From Dickeya dadantii NCPPB 898 (GTDB lineage: Bacteria; Pseudomonadota; Gammaproteobacteria; Enterobacterales; Enterobacteriaceae): a DNA stretch of 32,000 bases. The stretch is from contig NZ_CM001976.1 of the NCBI RefSeq assembly GCF_000406145.1, forward strand, positions 3,997,472-4,029,471, read 5' to 3'. The translations under genes were made by a program, and so were the position numbers. This document shows, piece by piece, positions 19,961 to 30,924 of the stretch (position 1 is its first letter; each line of letters starts with the position of its first letter). The notes under the pieces were generated by a model, which saw nothing but the letters and a program-made list of their open reading frames with translations, made no database searches and was not told where the DNA came from.

Positions 19961-22648
19961 TTATTTCTGCAGGCGACCGTGGCACTGCTTGTATTTTTTG
20001 CCAGAGCCGCACGGACACGGATCGTTACGACCGATCTTGCGATCGGCATACGGTGAACCCGCTTCATCCTGATGGCTCAATTGCTGCTGACGGGCCAGAC
20101 GCTCAGCTTCTTCACGGCGCTGCTGTTCCAGCGCTTCGACCTCTTCCGGCATCCGCACCTGAACCTTACTCAGGGTGCTGATCACTTCATACTTGAGGCC
20201 TTCCAGCATAGCAGCAAACATTGCGAACGACTCACGCTTGTATTCCTGCTTCGGATCTTTCTGAGCATACCCGCGCAGATGAATCCCCTGACGCAGATAG
20301 TCCATCGCCGCCAGATGTTCTTTCCACAGCGAATCCAGCGTTTGCAGCATCACGCCTTTCTCGAAGTTGCGCATAACATCGCTGCCGACCACCTCTTCCT
20401 TACGGCCATACAGTTCCACCGCCTGCGCGTAGATACGTTCCCGCAGCGTTTCTTCGTGCAGATCCGGCTCCTTGTCCAGCCATTCGGCGATCGGTAGTTC
20501 GAGATCAAAGTCATTTTTCAGGCGCTGCTCCAGCCCCGGAACATCCCACATTTCCTCCAGCGACTGGGGCGGGATATGGGCATCAATGGTGACCTTGAAT
20601 ACGTCTTCACGAATACTGTTGATGGTTTCGCTGATATCAGATGCATCCAGCAGTTCGTTGCGCTGGGTATAGATAGCGCGGCGCTGGTCATTAGCCACAT
20701 CATCGTACTCAAGCAGTTGCTTACGAATATCGAAGTTGCGGTTTTCCACCTTGCGTTGCGCATTGGCGATCGCCTTAGTCACCCACGGGTGCTCAATCGC
20801 TTCGCCTTCTTTCATCCCCAGTTTGCGCATCATGTTGGAAACGCGATCCGACGCAAAAATACGCATCAGCGCATCTTCCATCGACAGGTAGAAACGGGAA
20901 GAACCCGCGTCACCCTGACGGCCGGAACGGCCACGCAACTGGTTGTCGATACGGCGGGACTCATGACGTTCGGTGCCGATGATGTGCAGGCCGCCTGCCG
21001 CCAGCACGTCATCATGACGCCGCTGCCATTCAGCTTTAATAGCGGCGATTTGGGCTTCGTCCGGATTTTCCTGTTCTGCCACTTCCGCCTGCCAGCTACC
21101 GCCCAGCACGATATCGGTACCACGGCCCGCCATGTTGGTGGCGATAGTCACTGCCCCCGAGCGCCCGGCTTGAGCCACGATATCCGCTTCCATCGCATGG
21201 AATTTGGCATTCAGCACGTTGTGTTTGATGCCGGCTTTGGTCAGCGCGTGCGATACCACTTCGGATTTTTCGATGGAAATAGTCCCCACCAGCACCGGCT
21301 GCCCCTTGGCGGTACGCTCTTTGATATCTTCAATGATGGCGCCGATTTTTTCCTGCTCGGTCATGTACACCAGATCCGGCAGATCTTTACGAATCATTGG
21401 GCGGTTGGTCGGCACGACGATAGTATCCAGCTTATAAATCGAGCTGAATTCGAACGCTTCGGTATCTGCCGTACCGGTCATCCCGGCCAGCTTCTCATAA
21501 ATACGGAAGTAGTTCTGGAAAGTGATCGAGGCCAGCGTCTGGTTCTCGTTGTTGATCTTGACGTTTTCCTTGGCTTCCACCGCCTGATGCAGGCCATCGG
21601 ACCAGCGACGCCCCTGCATGGTACGGCCGGTATGTTCGTCAACGATAATGACTTCGTCGTCTTTCACAATGTAGTCGACGTCGCGGGTAAACAGCACATG
21701 AGCGCGCAGCGCCGCCGTCACGTGGTGCATCAGCATGATGTTGGCCGGCGAATACAGCGACTCGCCTTCTTCCATGATGCCGCCTTTCACCAGCAACTCT
21801 TCGATTTTGACCAGACCGCGTTCGGTCAGGTTGACCTGACGGGCTTTCTCATCCACCGAGAAATGGCCTTCGCCTTGGAAAGTGTCGGAATCCTCTTTCT
21901 CCTGACGGATCAGGTGCGGGATGATTTTGTTCACCCGCATATACAGTTCGGAGCTGTCTTCTGCCGGACCAGAGATGATCAGCGGGGTACGCGCTTCATC
22001 GATCAGGATGGAGTCCACTTCGTCCACCAGCGCGTAATACAGTTCACGCTGCACGCGCTCTTCCGGGCTGAACGCCATGTTGTCGCGCAGGTAGTCGAAA
22101 CCGTATTCGTTGTTAGTACCGTAGGTAATATCGGCAGCGTAGGCCTCGCGTTTGGCCGGCGCCGGCATCCCCGGCAGGTTGATGCCGACGGACAGCCCCA
22201 GGAATTCAAACAGCGGGCGGTTATTTTCGGCGTCACGCTGGGCCAGATAGTCGTTGACGGTCACCACATGTACGCCACGGCCGGTCAGCGCATTGAGGTA
22301 CGCCGGCAGGGTTGCGGTCAGGGTTTTACCTTCACCGGTACGCATTTCCGCGATGCAGCGCTCGTTCAGCACCATACCGCCGATCAGCTGTACGTCGAAG
22401 TGACGCATGCCAAAAACACGCTTACTGGCTTCGCGCACCACCGCGAAAGCTTCCGGCAGCAACGATTCGAGGGTTTCGCCCTTCTTGATACGGTCACGAA
22501 ATACCTGAGTTTTCGCCTTCAGCTCATCATCAGAGAGCGTCTCCATGTCCGGTTCGAGGCGATTGATCACATCCACAATTTTGCGCATACGGCGCAACGC
22601 ACGGTCATTACGGCTACCGAAAACTTTGGTCAATAACTTGATTAACAT
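19961..22648 (-). CDS. secA: Preprotein translocase ATPase SecA
   Basis: From [16 protein letters not shown] the ORF is essentially colinear with E. coli SecA. It has the DEAD-motor motifs ([30 protein letters not shown]) and the C-terminal zinc site [14 protein letters not shown]. The start is set at 22648. The 16-codon upstream extension is an ORF-track artefact. Confidence 0.98.
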   Translation of the reverse strand: MLIKLLTKVFGSRNDRALRRMRKIVDVINRLEPDMETLSDDELKAKTQVFRDRIKKGETLESLLPEAFAVVREASKRVFGMRHFDVQLIGGMVLNERCIAEMRTGEGKTLTATLPAYLNALTGRGVHVVTVNDYLAQRDAENNRPLFEFLGLSVGINLPGMPAPAKREAYAADITYGTNNEYGFDYLRDNMAFSPEERVQRELYYALVDEVDSILIDEARTPLIISGPAEDSSELYMRVNKIIPHLIRQEKEDSDTFQGEGHFSVDEKARQVNLTERGLVKIEELLVKGGIMEEGESLYSPANIMLMHHVTAALRAHVLFTRDVDYIVKDDEVIIVDEHTGRTMQGRRWSDGLHQAVEAKENVKINNENQTLASITFQNYFRIYEKLAGMTGTADTEAFEFSSIYKLDTIVVPTNRPMIRKDLPDLVYMTEQEKIGAIIEDIKERTAKGQPVLVGTISIEKSEVVSHALTKAGIKHNVLNAKFHAMEADIVAQAGRSGAVTIATNMAGRGTDIVLGGSWQAEVAEQENPDEAQIAAIKAEWQRRHDDVLAAGGLHIIGTERHESRRIDNQLRGRSGRQGDAGSSRFYLSMEDALMRIFASDRVSNMMRKLGMKEGEAIEHPWVTKAIANAQRKVENRNFDIRKQLLEYDDVANDQRRAIYTQRNELLDASDISETINSIREDVFKVTIDAHIPPQSLEEMWDVPGLEQRLKNDFDLELPIAEWLDKEPDLHEETLRERIYAQAVELYGRKEEVVGSDVMRNFEKGVMLQTLDSLWKEHLAAMDYLRQGIHLRGYAQKDPKQEYKRESFAMFAAMLEGLKYEVISTLSKVQVRMPEEVEALEQQRREEAERLARQQQLSHQDEAGSPYADRKIGRNDPCPCGSGKKYKQCHGRLQK

Positions 22649-22745
22649 AGTAATTTTAATCTCAACAATGCCAGTCCATCGATGCTGGCACGACATCAGA
22701 AAAGGAATCTACGGCTACTTGCCATAGTGCAGCACACTATCGAAG
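22649..22745 (-). promoter_or_regulatory. secM-secA intercistronic leader controlling secA translation
   Basis: This 97-nt spacer contains two 6-bp hairpins on the minus strand: ATAGTG/CACTAT (plus-strand coordinates 22724..22740) and TGCCAG/CTGGCA (22669..22690). The second lies just upstream of the weak secA ribosome-binding site. Its role is inferred from the E. coli secM-secA mechanism, and I did not resolve the exact Shine-Dalgarno-sequestering pairing. Confidence 0.5.
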
Positions 22746-23246
22746 TCAGGCGCGCGGCCCGGCGCGAATGCCCTGAACCTGCGCCAGCCACAGGCCGGCA
22801 TGATGGGAAGGTGAAAAACGAGTCGGCGCCAGAACGGCGCTGGCAGCAGCGTGCGGTGTCGCCTCGCGCGTCAGCAGCGCATTCAGCGTTTCCAGCAATA
22901 CCTGATGATGTAACCGGGAAGCCTCTGCCGCCTCAACCACGGTAACGGGTGGAGTAAAAGCAAACGACAGGTGACGAATCACCGTGCGGATGGCATGCTG
23001 ATGCCAGAAATCATTACTGAATAGCGAACGGCGACGGGAATCTTTTAAAGCCGCCAGATCGGTGAGATTGAAATAAGATACGTTCGGACGACTGATCGCC
23101 GATGCGGAATTGGGTGCGGTAGACGCATCGCGTGATTCGGTGAAGTTGGCGGGCAGGCCGAGCGTCGCCGCGACCATGCCCAGCAGCAGGTGAGGCCAGA
23201 AATAACGTCTGCCAAATTGTCGCCAACGATTTAAAATACCAATCAC
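22746..23246 (-). CDS. secM: Secretion monitor SecM (translation-arrest leader peptide)
   Basis: ILNRWRQFGRRYFWPHLLLGMVAA.LGLPA and HQHAIRTVIRHLSFA match E. coli SecM, and the C-terminal arrest motif is ...LWLAQVQGIRAGPRA*. The start is assigned to GTG 23246 (M-IGILNRW, with GGAAAG about 7 nt upstream). The ATG at 23294 would add 16 unrelated residues. Confidence 0.88.
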   Translation of the reverse strand: MIGILNRWRQFGRRYFWPHLLLGMVAATLGLPANFTESRDASTAPNSASAISRPNVSYFNLTDLAALKDSRRRSLFSNDFWHQHAIRTVIRHLSFAFTPPVTVVEAAEASRLHHQVLLETLNALLTREATPHAAASAVLAPTRFSPSHHAGLWLAQVQGIRAGPRA

Positions 23247-23273
23247 AAGTTTCTTTCCGTCGGAGCCTGCGTT

Positions 23274-23795
23274 ATGCGTGATAACCGTCCACAATCACTG
23301 GAGTCATTTTTCGATGGCGCATCGCAAACCGGGTCAGGCCCGCTGCATGATATTCAACAACGTGCGCTCGCACTGCTGAAACTCAATCGTGCGGTGCACG
23401 CTCTGTTGCCAACAGCGCTGCGTTCGTATTGCCGAGTGGCCAACTATCGTCATGGTCTGCTGGTGCTGGAAACCGCCAGCGCCAACTGGCTGATGCGGCT
23501 ACGTTATGAACAACCAGCCCTGCTTTCCGCTCTGCGCGCACAAATACTACCATCATTGGCGGCAATCGACATCAGGATTAATCCAGCGCTGGCCGCAAAA
23601 ATGCATGAAAACGAGAAAACCCATACCATTGTGCCGACAGACGAAACCGCGGTGGCAACCACACGAATTCTCAGTGCGCAGAGTGCGGAAATATTGAAGG
23701 GGCTGGCGGAGCAAAGTCCGGAACGACTGCAGAAAATATTAAAACGACTGGCTTCGCTGGCCGGAGAGAATACCAGCGAAAACCAGTCGTCATGA
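23274..23795 (+). CDS. DUF721 / DciA-like protein
   Basis: This 173-aa ORF has a GGAG Shine-Dalgarno 8 nt upstream of the ATG. The N-terminal half (LLPTALRSYCRVANYRHGLLVLETASANWLMRLRYEQPALLSALRAQILPSLAAIDIRINP) fits the DUF721 pattern as I remember it: an '...hC.va....g.L.l...s..wa..LRy....ll..Lr' core followed by a disordered, charged tail. There is no E. coli counterpart at this locus. Confidence 0.7.
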   Translation: MRDNRPQSLESFFDGASQTGSGPLHDIQQRALALLKLNRAVHALLPTALRSYCRVANYRHGLLVLETASANWLMRLRYEQPALLSALRAQILPSLAAIDIRINPALAAKMHENEKTHTIVPTDETAVATTRILSAQSAEILKGLAEQSPERLQKILKRLASLAGENTSENQSS

Positions 23796-23811
23796 TGTCA
23801 TGTATGGCGGC

Positions 23812-24738
<927 letters not shown>

Positions 24739-24823
24739 TCACATTCATCTGAACCTACGACCTTAGCTTACACTAAGGCCGGCGGCACAGTTTAGCACAA
24801 AGAGCGGAGATTCCAACCTGACC

Positions 24824-25975
24824 TTAGTCAGCCTGCTTACGCAGGAAAGCAGGAATATCGAGATAGTCCGGCTCTTTATTGGTCTGTACGCTCTGGTCGT
24901 TCACCACTTTGGCCGCAGGTTTTTCCTGCGTCAGCGGCGCCATGCCATGTTGCTGATAGCGGTGGTCCATAACCGGCTGGCTGCTTTGCTTGTTGGTAAC
25001 CAGCGTAATTTCCGGACGTTTGTCCATGCCGATGCCGGTGGCGACCACGGTCACCCGCAGTTCGTCGTTCATATCCGGATCCAGCGACGTACCAATCACT
25101 ACCGTCGCATTATCGGATGCAAACGCGCGAATGGTATTACCAACAGTCTCAAATTCATCCAGACGCAGATCGAAACCGGCCGTAATGTTAACCAGCACGC
25201 CGCGCGCGCCGGAAAGGTCGATATCTTCCAGCAGCGGACTGGAGATAGCCATTTCCGCCGCTTCTTCCGCACGGTCTTCACCGCGAGCCACGCCGGAGCC
25301 CATCATGGCGTACCCCATTTCGGACATCACGGTGCGCACGTCGGCAAAGTCTACGTTCATAAGGCCCGGGCGGGTAATCAGCTCGGCAATACCCTGTACC
25401 GCGCCTTTCAACACGTCGTTAGCCGCGCCGAACGCGTCCAGCAGAGAGATGCCGCGCCCCAGCACTTTCAACAGTTTGTCGTTGGGGATAGTAATCAGCG
25501 AATCGACGTGCTTGGACAGCTCCGCGATACCCTGTTCGGCAAACGCCATGCGTTTTTTGCCTTCAAAATTGAACGGCTTGGTCACCACCGCAACGGTGAG
25601 GATGCCCAGATCCTTGGCGACTTCCGCCACCACCGGCGCAGCGCCGGTACCGGTGCCGCCGCCCATGCCAGCTGCGATGAACACCATGTCCGCACCTTCC
25701 AGCGCAGAACGCAGCGCTTCACGGTCTTCCTCGGCGGAATTGCGGCCCACTTCCGGGTTAGCGCCCGCGCCCAAACCTTTGGTAATACCGCTACCGATCT
25801 GGATGGTCTGGCCGACCGCCGTTTTGCGCAGTGCCTGAGCATCGGTGTTAACCGCAAAGAATTCAACACCTTCGATGCGTTCACGCACCATGTGTTCGAC
25901 GGCGTTGCCGCCGCCACCACCGACGCCGATGACTTTAATCACCGCGTCGTTGGTTAACTCCATTGGTTCAAACAT
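24824..25975 (-). CDS. ftsZ: Cell division GTPase FtsZ
   Basis: This 383-aa ORF begins [29 protein letters not shown], carries the tubulin signature [13 protein letters not shown], and ends with the conserved C-terminal peptide [14 protein letters not shown]. Confidence 0.99.
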   Translation of the reverse strand: MFEPMELTNDAVIKVIGVGGGGGNAVEHMVRERIEGVEFFAVNTDAQALRKTAVGQTIQIGSGITKGLGAGANPEVGRNSAEEDREALRSALEGADMVFIAAGMGGGTGTGAAPVVAEVAKDLGILTVAVVTKPFNFEGKKRMAFAEQGIAELSKHVDSLITIPNDKLLKVLGRGISLLDAFGAANDVLKGAVQGIAELITRPGLMNVDFADVRTVMSEMGYAMMGSGVARGEDRAEEAAEMAISSPLLEDIDLSGARGVLVNITAGFDLRLDEFETVGNTIRAFASDNATVVIGTSLDPDMNDELRVTVVATGIGMDKRPEITLVTNKQSSQPVMDHRYQQHGMAPLTQEKPAAKVVNDQSVQTNKEPDYLDIPAFLRKQAD

Positions 25976-26049
25976 AGTTTCTCTCCGTCTTGTGCCTGTG
26001 GTACTTCAAGATCAAAAAAGTCGTGCTAAATGATCTCTTTTGATAACCG

Positions 26050-27306
26050 TCAAAATTCTTTTCTCAGCCAGCTGTTCAGGCGTTTAAACCAGTTGCTGAC
26101 CGAGGCGCGTTTCTCAACCTCGTGTTCGCCACTCAGATGAGACTCTTTGCCGTAATGCAGCAGCCCCACCGCTGTCGAGTAATAGGGCTCCTGCGCATAA
26201 TCCGTTAACCCGGTGATATTCAACGGCTGGCCGATGCGCACCTGCGTGTGGAACACGCGCTGCGCGCAGGCAGCCAGACCGTCAATCTGCGCCGCACCGC
26301 CGGTCAGCACGATGCCGGCCGCCAGATGATGCTTCACGCCCTGCTGGCGCAGTTGTTCCTGCAACTGCAACAGCTCGTCATTCACCAGATTCAATAACTC
26401 GGTATAGCGAGGCTCAATCACCTCCGCCAATGTCTGACGCTGCAGACTACGCGGCGGACGACCGCCGACGCTCGGTACTTCCACGGTTTCATCTTTGCTG
26501 ACGATGGAACCGAGCGCGCAACCGTAACGCACCTTGATCGCTTCCGCATCCGTGGGCGGCGTGCCAAACGCATAGGCTATATCGCTGGTGACTACGTTAC
26601 CAGCATAAGGAATCACTTTTGTGTGACGCAGCGCGCCGCCGGTATACACCGCCATATCCATGGTGCCGCCGCCGATATCCACTACGCACACGCCCAGTTC
26701 GCGCTCGTCTTCGGTCAGCACCGCATAACTGGATGCCAACCCGGCGAAAATCAGTTGATCCACCTTCAGACCGCACCGCTCCACCGCTTTAACAATGTTC
26801 TTCGCCATGTCGTTATGACAGGTGATCAGGTGCACCTTGGCCTGCATCCGTACGCCAGACAGCCCAACCGGGTTTTTAATCCCTTCCTGATAATCAATGG
26901 CGTATTCCTGCGGGATCACATGCAAAATACGGTGCTCGTCACGGACCCGGACAGACTTGGCCGTATGCACCACGCTTTCCACATCATCCTGCGTCACTTC
27001 TTCTTCAGAGATAGGCACCATGCCGATCTCGTTCTGGCAACTGATGTGCTTACCGGACAACGCCAGATACACGGATGAAATCTGGCAATCAGCCATCAGC
27101 TCGGCCTGATCGATGGCGCGCTGTACGCACTTGACCACCGATTCCAGATCGTTAACGCCGCCTTTATCCATGCCCCGTGACGGGCAGCTTCCCACACCGA
27201 TGATATTGATCATGCCGTCTGGCAGAACTTCACCTACCAGCGCAGCCACTTTTGCTGTACCGATTTCCAGCCCAACTACCAGTTTTCTGTCCGTCGACTT
27301 GATCAT
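26050..27306 (-). CDS. ftsA: Cell division protein FtsA (actin-like)
   Basis: This 418-aa ORF is colinear with E. coli FtsA ([37 protein letters not shown]) and has the C-terminal amphipathic helix [13 protein letters not shown]. The ATGA overlap with the ftsQ stop is retained. Confidence 0.98.
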   Translation of the reverse strand: MIKSTDRKLVVGLEIGTAKVAALVGEVLPDGMINIIGVGSCPSRGMDKGGVNDLESVVKCVQRAIDQAELMADCQISSVYLALSGKHISCQNEIGMVPISEEEVTQDDVESVVHTAKSVRVRDEHRILHVIPQEYAIDYQEGIKNPVGLSGVRMQAKVHLITCHNDMAKNIVKAVERCGLKVDQLIFAGLASSYAVLTEDERELGVCVVDIGGGTMDMAVYTGGALRHTKVIPYAGNVVTSDIAYAFGTPPTDAEAIKVRYGCALGSIVSKDETVEVPSVGGRPPRSLQRQTLAEVIEPRYTELLNLVNDELLQLQEQLRQQGVKHHLAAGIVLTGGAAQIDGLAACAQRVFHTQVRIGQPLNITGLTDYAQEPYYSTAVGLLHYGKESHLSGEHEVEKRASVSNWFKRLNSWLRKEF

Positions 27307-28157
27307 TGCTGTTTAGCCTGTGCCTGATTTTGTTGCTGATTACCGTTCTTTTGCTGATCAATGTCTTTTTGCTGATCAATAAATGCCGGGCTCCAACCTA
27401 CCGCCGCGCCGGTGTCATAGCGCAAATCCACGTAGTTAACCCGCTTGTTTTCATTCTGGGCCTGCCGCTGCAGCAACGGATAGATCTCCAGAAAACGCGC
27501 CAGACGCCGACTTCGGTCATCGCGCCCCAGATCGAGGCGGATATCGTCGTCCAGTCCAACCTGCCATGAATGGCGCGCAGTCATCGCCACCATTTTCACC
27601 GTGAACTTACCTGCCGCCAGTATCTGGTTCATCTCGCGATACCCCTCCAGCACGTCCTCTTCACCGCCCTCCGGACCGTACAGCATCGGCATTTTTTTAT
27701 TGCCGATGCGCTCAGCCGGCACGCTGAAGGCGTTACCCTCGCTGTCAACCATAAGCTGGTCATTCCAGCGCGCAAACGGAACGTATTCAACCAGATGAAT
27801 CTTTAATTCGTCCGGCCACTGCTTACGTACGCTGGCCTGTTTAATCCAGGGCAAGCGCTCGATCTGCTGCTGGATAACATTCACATCCTGCGTCATGAAC
27901 GTTCCCGGCGAACCCAGCGACAAAATCGCCTGGCGGATGTCGTCATTGGTGGTGTAGTGCCGCTCGCCGGTCACCACCAGCCTGGACAGCGGCAGACGGC
28001 TGGCATCTTTCATCCAGCCCAGCACCATCCAGCTTCCCCACAAAATGGTGCCGGCCACCATCAGCAGGAAAATAATCCCCGCCAGTTGACCGCCATTACT
28101 GCGTCGTGCGCCCTTTTCCTGCTCACGTCCGCGTGTATTCAACGCCGCCTGCGACAT
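27303..28157 (-). CDS. ftsQ: Cell division protein FtsQ
   Basis: The ORF is colinear with E. coli FtsQ from MSQAALNTR ([46 protein letters not shown]). The start is set at ATG 28157. The upstream 7 codons in the ORF track belong to the ddlB-stub overlap region. Confidence 0.95.
   Translation of the reverse strand: MSQAALNTRGREQEKGARRSNGGQLAGIIFLLMVAGTILWGSWMVLGWMKDASRLPLSRLVVTGERHYTTNDDIRQAILSLGSPGTFMTQDVNVIQQQIERLPWIKQASVRKQWPDELKIHLVEYVPFARWNDQLMVDSEGNAFSVPAERIGNKKMPMLYGPEGGEEDVLEGYREMNQILAAGKFTVKMVAMTARHSWQVGLDDDIRLDLGRDDRSRRLARFLEIYPLLQRQAQNENKRVNYVDLRYDTGAAVGWSPAFIDQQKDIDQQKNGNQQQNQAQAKQQ
27345..27380 (-). repeat. In-frame 18-bp tandem duplication in the ftsQ 3' end ([12 protein letters not shown])
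   Basis: On the minus strand, ATTGATCAGCAAAAAGAC is followed directly by ATTGATCAGCAAAAGAAC. The repeat sits inside a Gln-rich C-terminal tail that is longer than in E. coli FtsQ. Confidence 0.85.
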
Positions 28158-28158
28158 A

Positions 28159-28314
28159 CTAATCAGCCAACTCCACAACGGATACGCGGCGGTAACCGTT
28201 GTCTGCCATGACTGGGCACGAAACGTCGGCGCACCGAACCGCAGCCGGCCATCGGCCGGTTTCGCTGTGGCCAGCGTGGGTACGTTGCATCACTACCATC
28301 ACGTGCTCAGTCAT
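28159..28314 (-). pseudogene. ddlB: Remnant of D-alanine--D-alanine ligase B (internal deletion stub, 51 codons)
   Basis: This is the only frame filling the 164-bp murC-ftsQ gap. It reads [10 protein letters not shown]...[10 protein letters not shown]. The ATGACTGA start context, the N-terminal M-T-E/D-x-V/I-x-V pattern and the C-terminal ELAD*-T-ATG junction with ftsQ all resemble E. coli ddlB. About 250 codons of the ATP-grasp body are absent. Confidence 0.65.
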
Positions 28315-28321
28315 CCTGTTC

Positions 28322-29782
28322 TCAGTCTTTGGTCTTCGCCTGCAGACGGTTTTCCGCCAGCCGACGCGCCAGTTTGCCAATGTTGCCGGCGCCCTGAACC
28401 AGCACCAGATCATCGCCCTGCAGCGCCTGCGCCAGCAGTTCAGGCAGCGTCTCCACATCCGGCACCATGATCGGGTCGATTTTGCCGCGCCCGCGAATGG
28501 TACGGCACAGCGACCGGCTGTCCGCCCCCGGAATCGGCGCTTCCCCAGCCGAATACACGTCCAGCATCAGTAGCACATCCACCTGGGACAGCACGTGCGC
28601 GAAGTCATCGTACAGATCCCGCGTGCGGGTATAGCGATGCGGCTGAAAAATCATCACCAGGCGTTTATCCGGCCAGCCGGCGCGCGCCGCCTTGATGGTG
28701 GCGTCCACTTCCGTCGGGTGATGCCCGTAATCGTCCACCAGCATGGCGCTGCCGCTTTTGCCGTTAACCGGCTGCAACGGGAATTCGCCCAGAAAATCAA
28801 ACCGACGTCCCGTCCCCTGAAAGCGCGCCAGTGCTCGCAGAATCGCATCGTCGTCAATGCCTTGTTCCGTCGCCACCGCTACCGCCGCCGCCGCATTCAG
28901 CGCGTTATGACGGCCCGGCGCGTTCAGCGTCACATTCAGCAGCGGTTTGCCCTGACGCGCCAGTGTAAATAGCCCCTGCGCCCCGACCTGACGGTAGTCA
29001 GCCAGCCGAACATCCGCATCGTCGCTGAAACCATACGTGGTGATATGGCGCCCTACTTTCGGCAACAGCTCCCGAATCACCGCATCATCCAGACACATCA
29101 CCGCATGACCGTAAAACGGCAGGTTGTGCAGGAAGTTGATGAACGTCTGTTTGAGGTTCTCAAAATCGCCCTGATACGTATCCATATGGTCGGCTTCGAT
29201 GTTGGTCACAATCGCCACCATCGGCTGCAAATGCAGGAACGATGCATCGCTCTCGTCCGCTTCCGCAATCAGGTAACGGCTCGACCCCAACCGGGCGTGC
29301 GTTCCCGCAGCTTTGACCAGCCCGCCGTTGACGAACGTCGGGTCCAGCCCCGCTTCCGCGTAAATGCTGGTCACCATCGCGGTGGTCGTGGTTTTGCCAT
29401 GCGTCCCGGCGACGGCGATGCCATGACGAAAGCGCATCAATTCTGCCAGCATCTCTGCCCGGCGAATCACCGGAATACGGGCCTCATGCGCCGCGATAAT
29501 CTCCGGGTTGTCCGCCGAAATGGCGCTGGACACCACCACCACGCTCGCTTCGTTCACATTTTCCGGGCGATGATGGAAATAAATCCGTGCGCCCAAATCG
29601 GTCAATTGCTGCGTCACAGCGTTGGGCGCCAGATCAGAACCGCTGATCTGATAGCCTTCGTTAGCCAGGACTTCGGCGATACCGCCCATGCCGGCACCAC
29701 CGATGCCAACAAAATGGATGTGCCGGACGCGGTGCATCTCAGGCACGATTGAACGCAGTTTCGCCAATTCTTGAGTATTCAC
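28322..29782 (-). CDS. murC: UDP-N-acetylmuramate--L-alanine ligase
   Basis: This 486-aa ORF is colinear with E. coli MurC ([48 protein letters not shown]) and has the P-loop [12 protein letters not shown]. Confidence 0.98.
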   Translation of the reverse strand: MNTQELAKLRSIVPEMHRVRHIHFVGIGGAGMGGIAEVLANEGYQISGSDLAPNAVTQQLTDLGARIYFHHRPENVNEASVVVVSSAISADNPEIIAAHEARIPVIRRAEMLAELMRFRHGIAVAGTHGKTTTTAMVTSIYAEAGLDPTFVNGGLVKAAGTHARLGSSRYLIAEADESDASFLHLQPMVAIVTNIEADHMDTYQGDFENLKQTFINFLHNLPFYGHAVMCLDDAVIRELLPKVGRHITTYGFSDDADVRLADYRQVGAQGLFTLARQGKPLLNVTLNAPGRHNALNAAAAVAVATEQGIDDDAILRALARFQGTGRRFDFLGEFPLQPVNGKSGSAMLVDDYGHHPTEVDATIKAARAGWPDKRLVMIFQPHRYTRTRDLYDDFAHVLSQVDVLLMLDVYSAGEAPIPGADSRSLCRTIRGRGKIDPIMVPDVETLPELLAQALQGDDLVLVQGAGNIGKLARRLAENRLQAKTKD

Positions 29783-29832
29783 TATCTTCTATCGCAACCT
29801 ACATCAACGCCGGCAATTGCCGGCCATTATCA

Positions 29833-30924
29833 TTAATTCCGGACAGCGTGAACCGCCCGCTGCATCGCCGCTGCCGCCACTTCGGCCGCCACCCGTTCCG
29901 TCGCATCGGGAATCGCCACGGTTCGGGCTTTTTGCGCCATATCGCGTAACGTGGCGCGATCCCAGGCCGCCAGCACCTCGCTGATCGTATCCACGCTGAG
30001 ATCGGCCTGTTCGATAATCTTTGCCGCGCCCGCACGCTCCAGCGGCAACGCATTCCAGTACTGCTGCCGATCCTTATGCTGGAACGGCACAAACAACGCC
30101 GGCAACCCGGCTGCGGCAATCTCGCTGACCGTTAGCGCGCCGGAGCGGCACACCACCACATCGGCCCAGGCATACGCCGCCGCCATGTCGTCGATAAACT
30201 CGGTAATCCGGTGCTGCGGCTGACCGGCCTGCGCATAGGCAGCCTGTACTTCTGCCTGAGCCCCTTTGCCGGTCTGGTGCCAGATGGTAACGGCGTCATG
30301 CAACCGCGCCGCCACGCCGGGCAGGGTTTGATTCAGCACCCGCGCGCCCTGACTTCCGCCAACCACCAGCACCCGCACCGGGCCGCTACGGTCAGCCAGC
30401 CGCTCTGTCGGCGACGGCAGCGCCAGCACATCGGTGCGCACCGGATTTCCCACCACATCCGCGTGGGGAAACGCGCCCGGGAACGCTTGTAATACTTTTT
30501 TGGCGATGCGCGATAACCAGCGGTTGGTCAACCCGGCAATACCGTTTTGCTCGTGCAAAACCACCGGGATACCACACAACCAGGCCGCCAGACCGCCGGG
30601 GCCGGACACATAGCCGCCCATTCCCAGCACAACGTCCGGCTGATAGCGGCGCATAATCGCCTGCGCCTGCCGCACCGCCCGGAAGATACGCACCGGCGCC
30701 AGTAACAATGCGGTCAATCCTTTGCCGCGCAGACCGGAAATACGGATAAAGTCGATGTCGATACCGTGTTTCGGCACCAGATCCGCTTCCATTCTGTCGG
30801 CCGTGCCCAGCCAGCGCACCTGCCAGCCTTGCGCCATCAAGTGATGCGCCACCGCCAGACCGGGAAACACATGCCCGCCGGTACCGCCAGCCATCACCAT
30901 CAAACGCTTGCCTTCGCCACTCAT
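29833..30924 (-). CDS. murG: UDP-GlcNAc:undecaprenyl-PP-MurNAc-pentapeptide GlcNAc transferase
   Basis: This 363-aa ORF begins [54 protein letters not shown] as in E. coli MurG. An ATGA overlap joins it to the ftsW stop. Confidence 0.98.
   Translation of the reverse strand: MSGEGKRLMVMAGGTGGHVFPGLAVAHHLMAQGWQVRWLGTADRMEADLVPKHGIDIDFIRISGLRGKGLTALLLAPVRIFRAVRQAQAIMRRYQPDVVLGMGGYVSGPGGLAAWLCGIPVVLHEQNGIAGLTNRWLSRIAKKVLQAFPGAFPHADVVGNPVRTDVLALPSPTERLADRSGPVRVLVVGGSQGARVLNQTLPGVAARLHDAVTIWHQTGKGAQAEVQAAYAQAGQPQHRITEFIDDMAAAYAWADVVVCRSGALTVSEIAAAGLPALFVPFQHKDRQQYWNALPLERAGAAKIIEQADLSVDTISEVLAAWDRATLRDMAQKARTVAIPDATERVAAEVAAAAMQRAVHAVRN

Noticed and set aside
20576-22636. A 686-aa plus-strand ORF lies opposite secA. 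Similar ORFs lie opposite lpdA (253..1656), ftsZ (24947..25957 and 24990..25838), aroP (7895..9052), nadC (12306..13124), aceF (1715..3301) and murC (29045..29752).
   Set aside because: The explanation is the same. The ORFs I checked (lpdA, secA, ftsZ, aroP) are in the codon-aligned antisense phase of a strongly conserved gene with GC-rich third positions. Their translations are Arg/His/Val/Gly-rich with no motifs and no plausible ribosome-binding sites.
22649-22696. The ORF track gives N-terminal extensions of known genes: secA +16 aa, guaC +19 aa (17635..17691), ampD +9 aa, tsx +35 aa (11097..11201), ppdD +15 aa, mutT +11 aa, secM +16 aa, ftsQ +7 aa and coaE +3 aa.
   Set aside because: These are longest-ORF artefacts. 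In each case an internal start reproduces the N-terminus of the well-known orthologue and has better Shine-Dalgarno spacing. Several extensions would also run through terminator hairpins or neighbouring genes.
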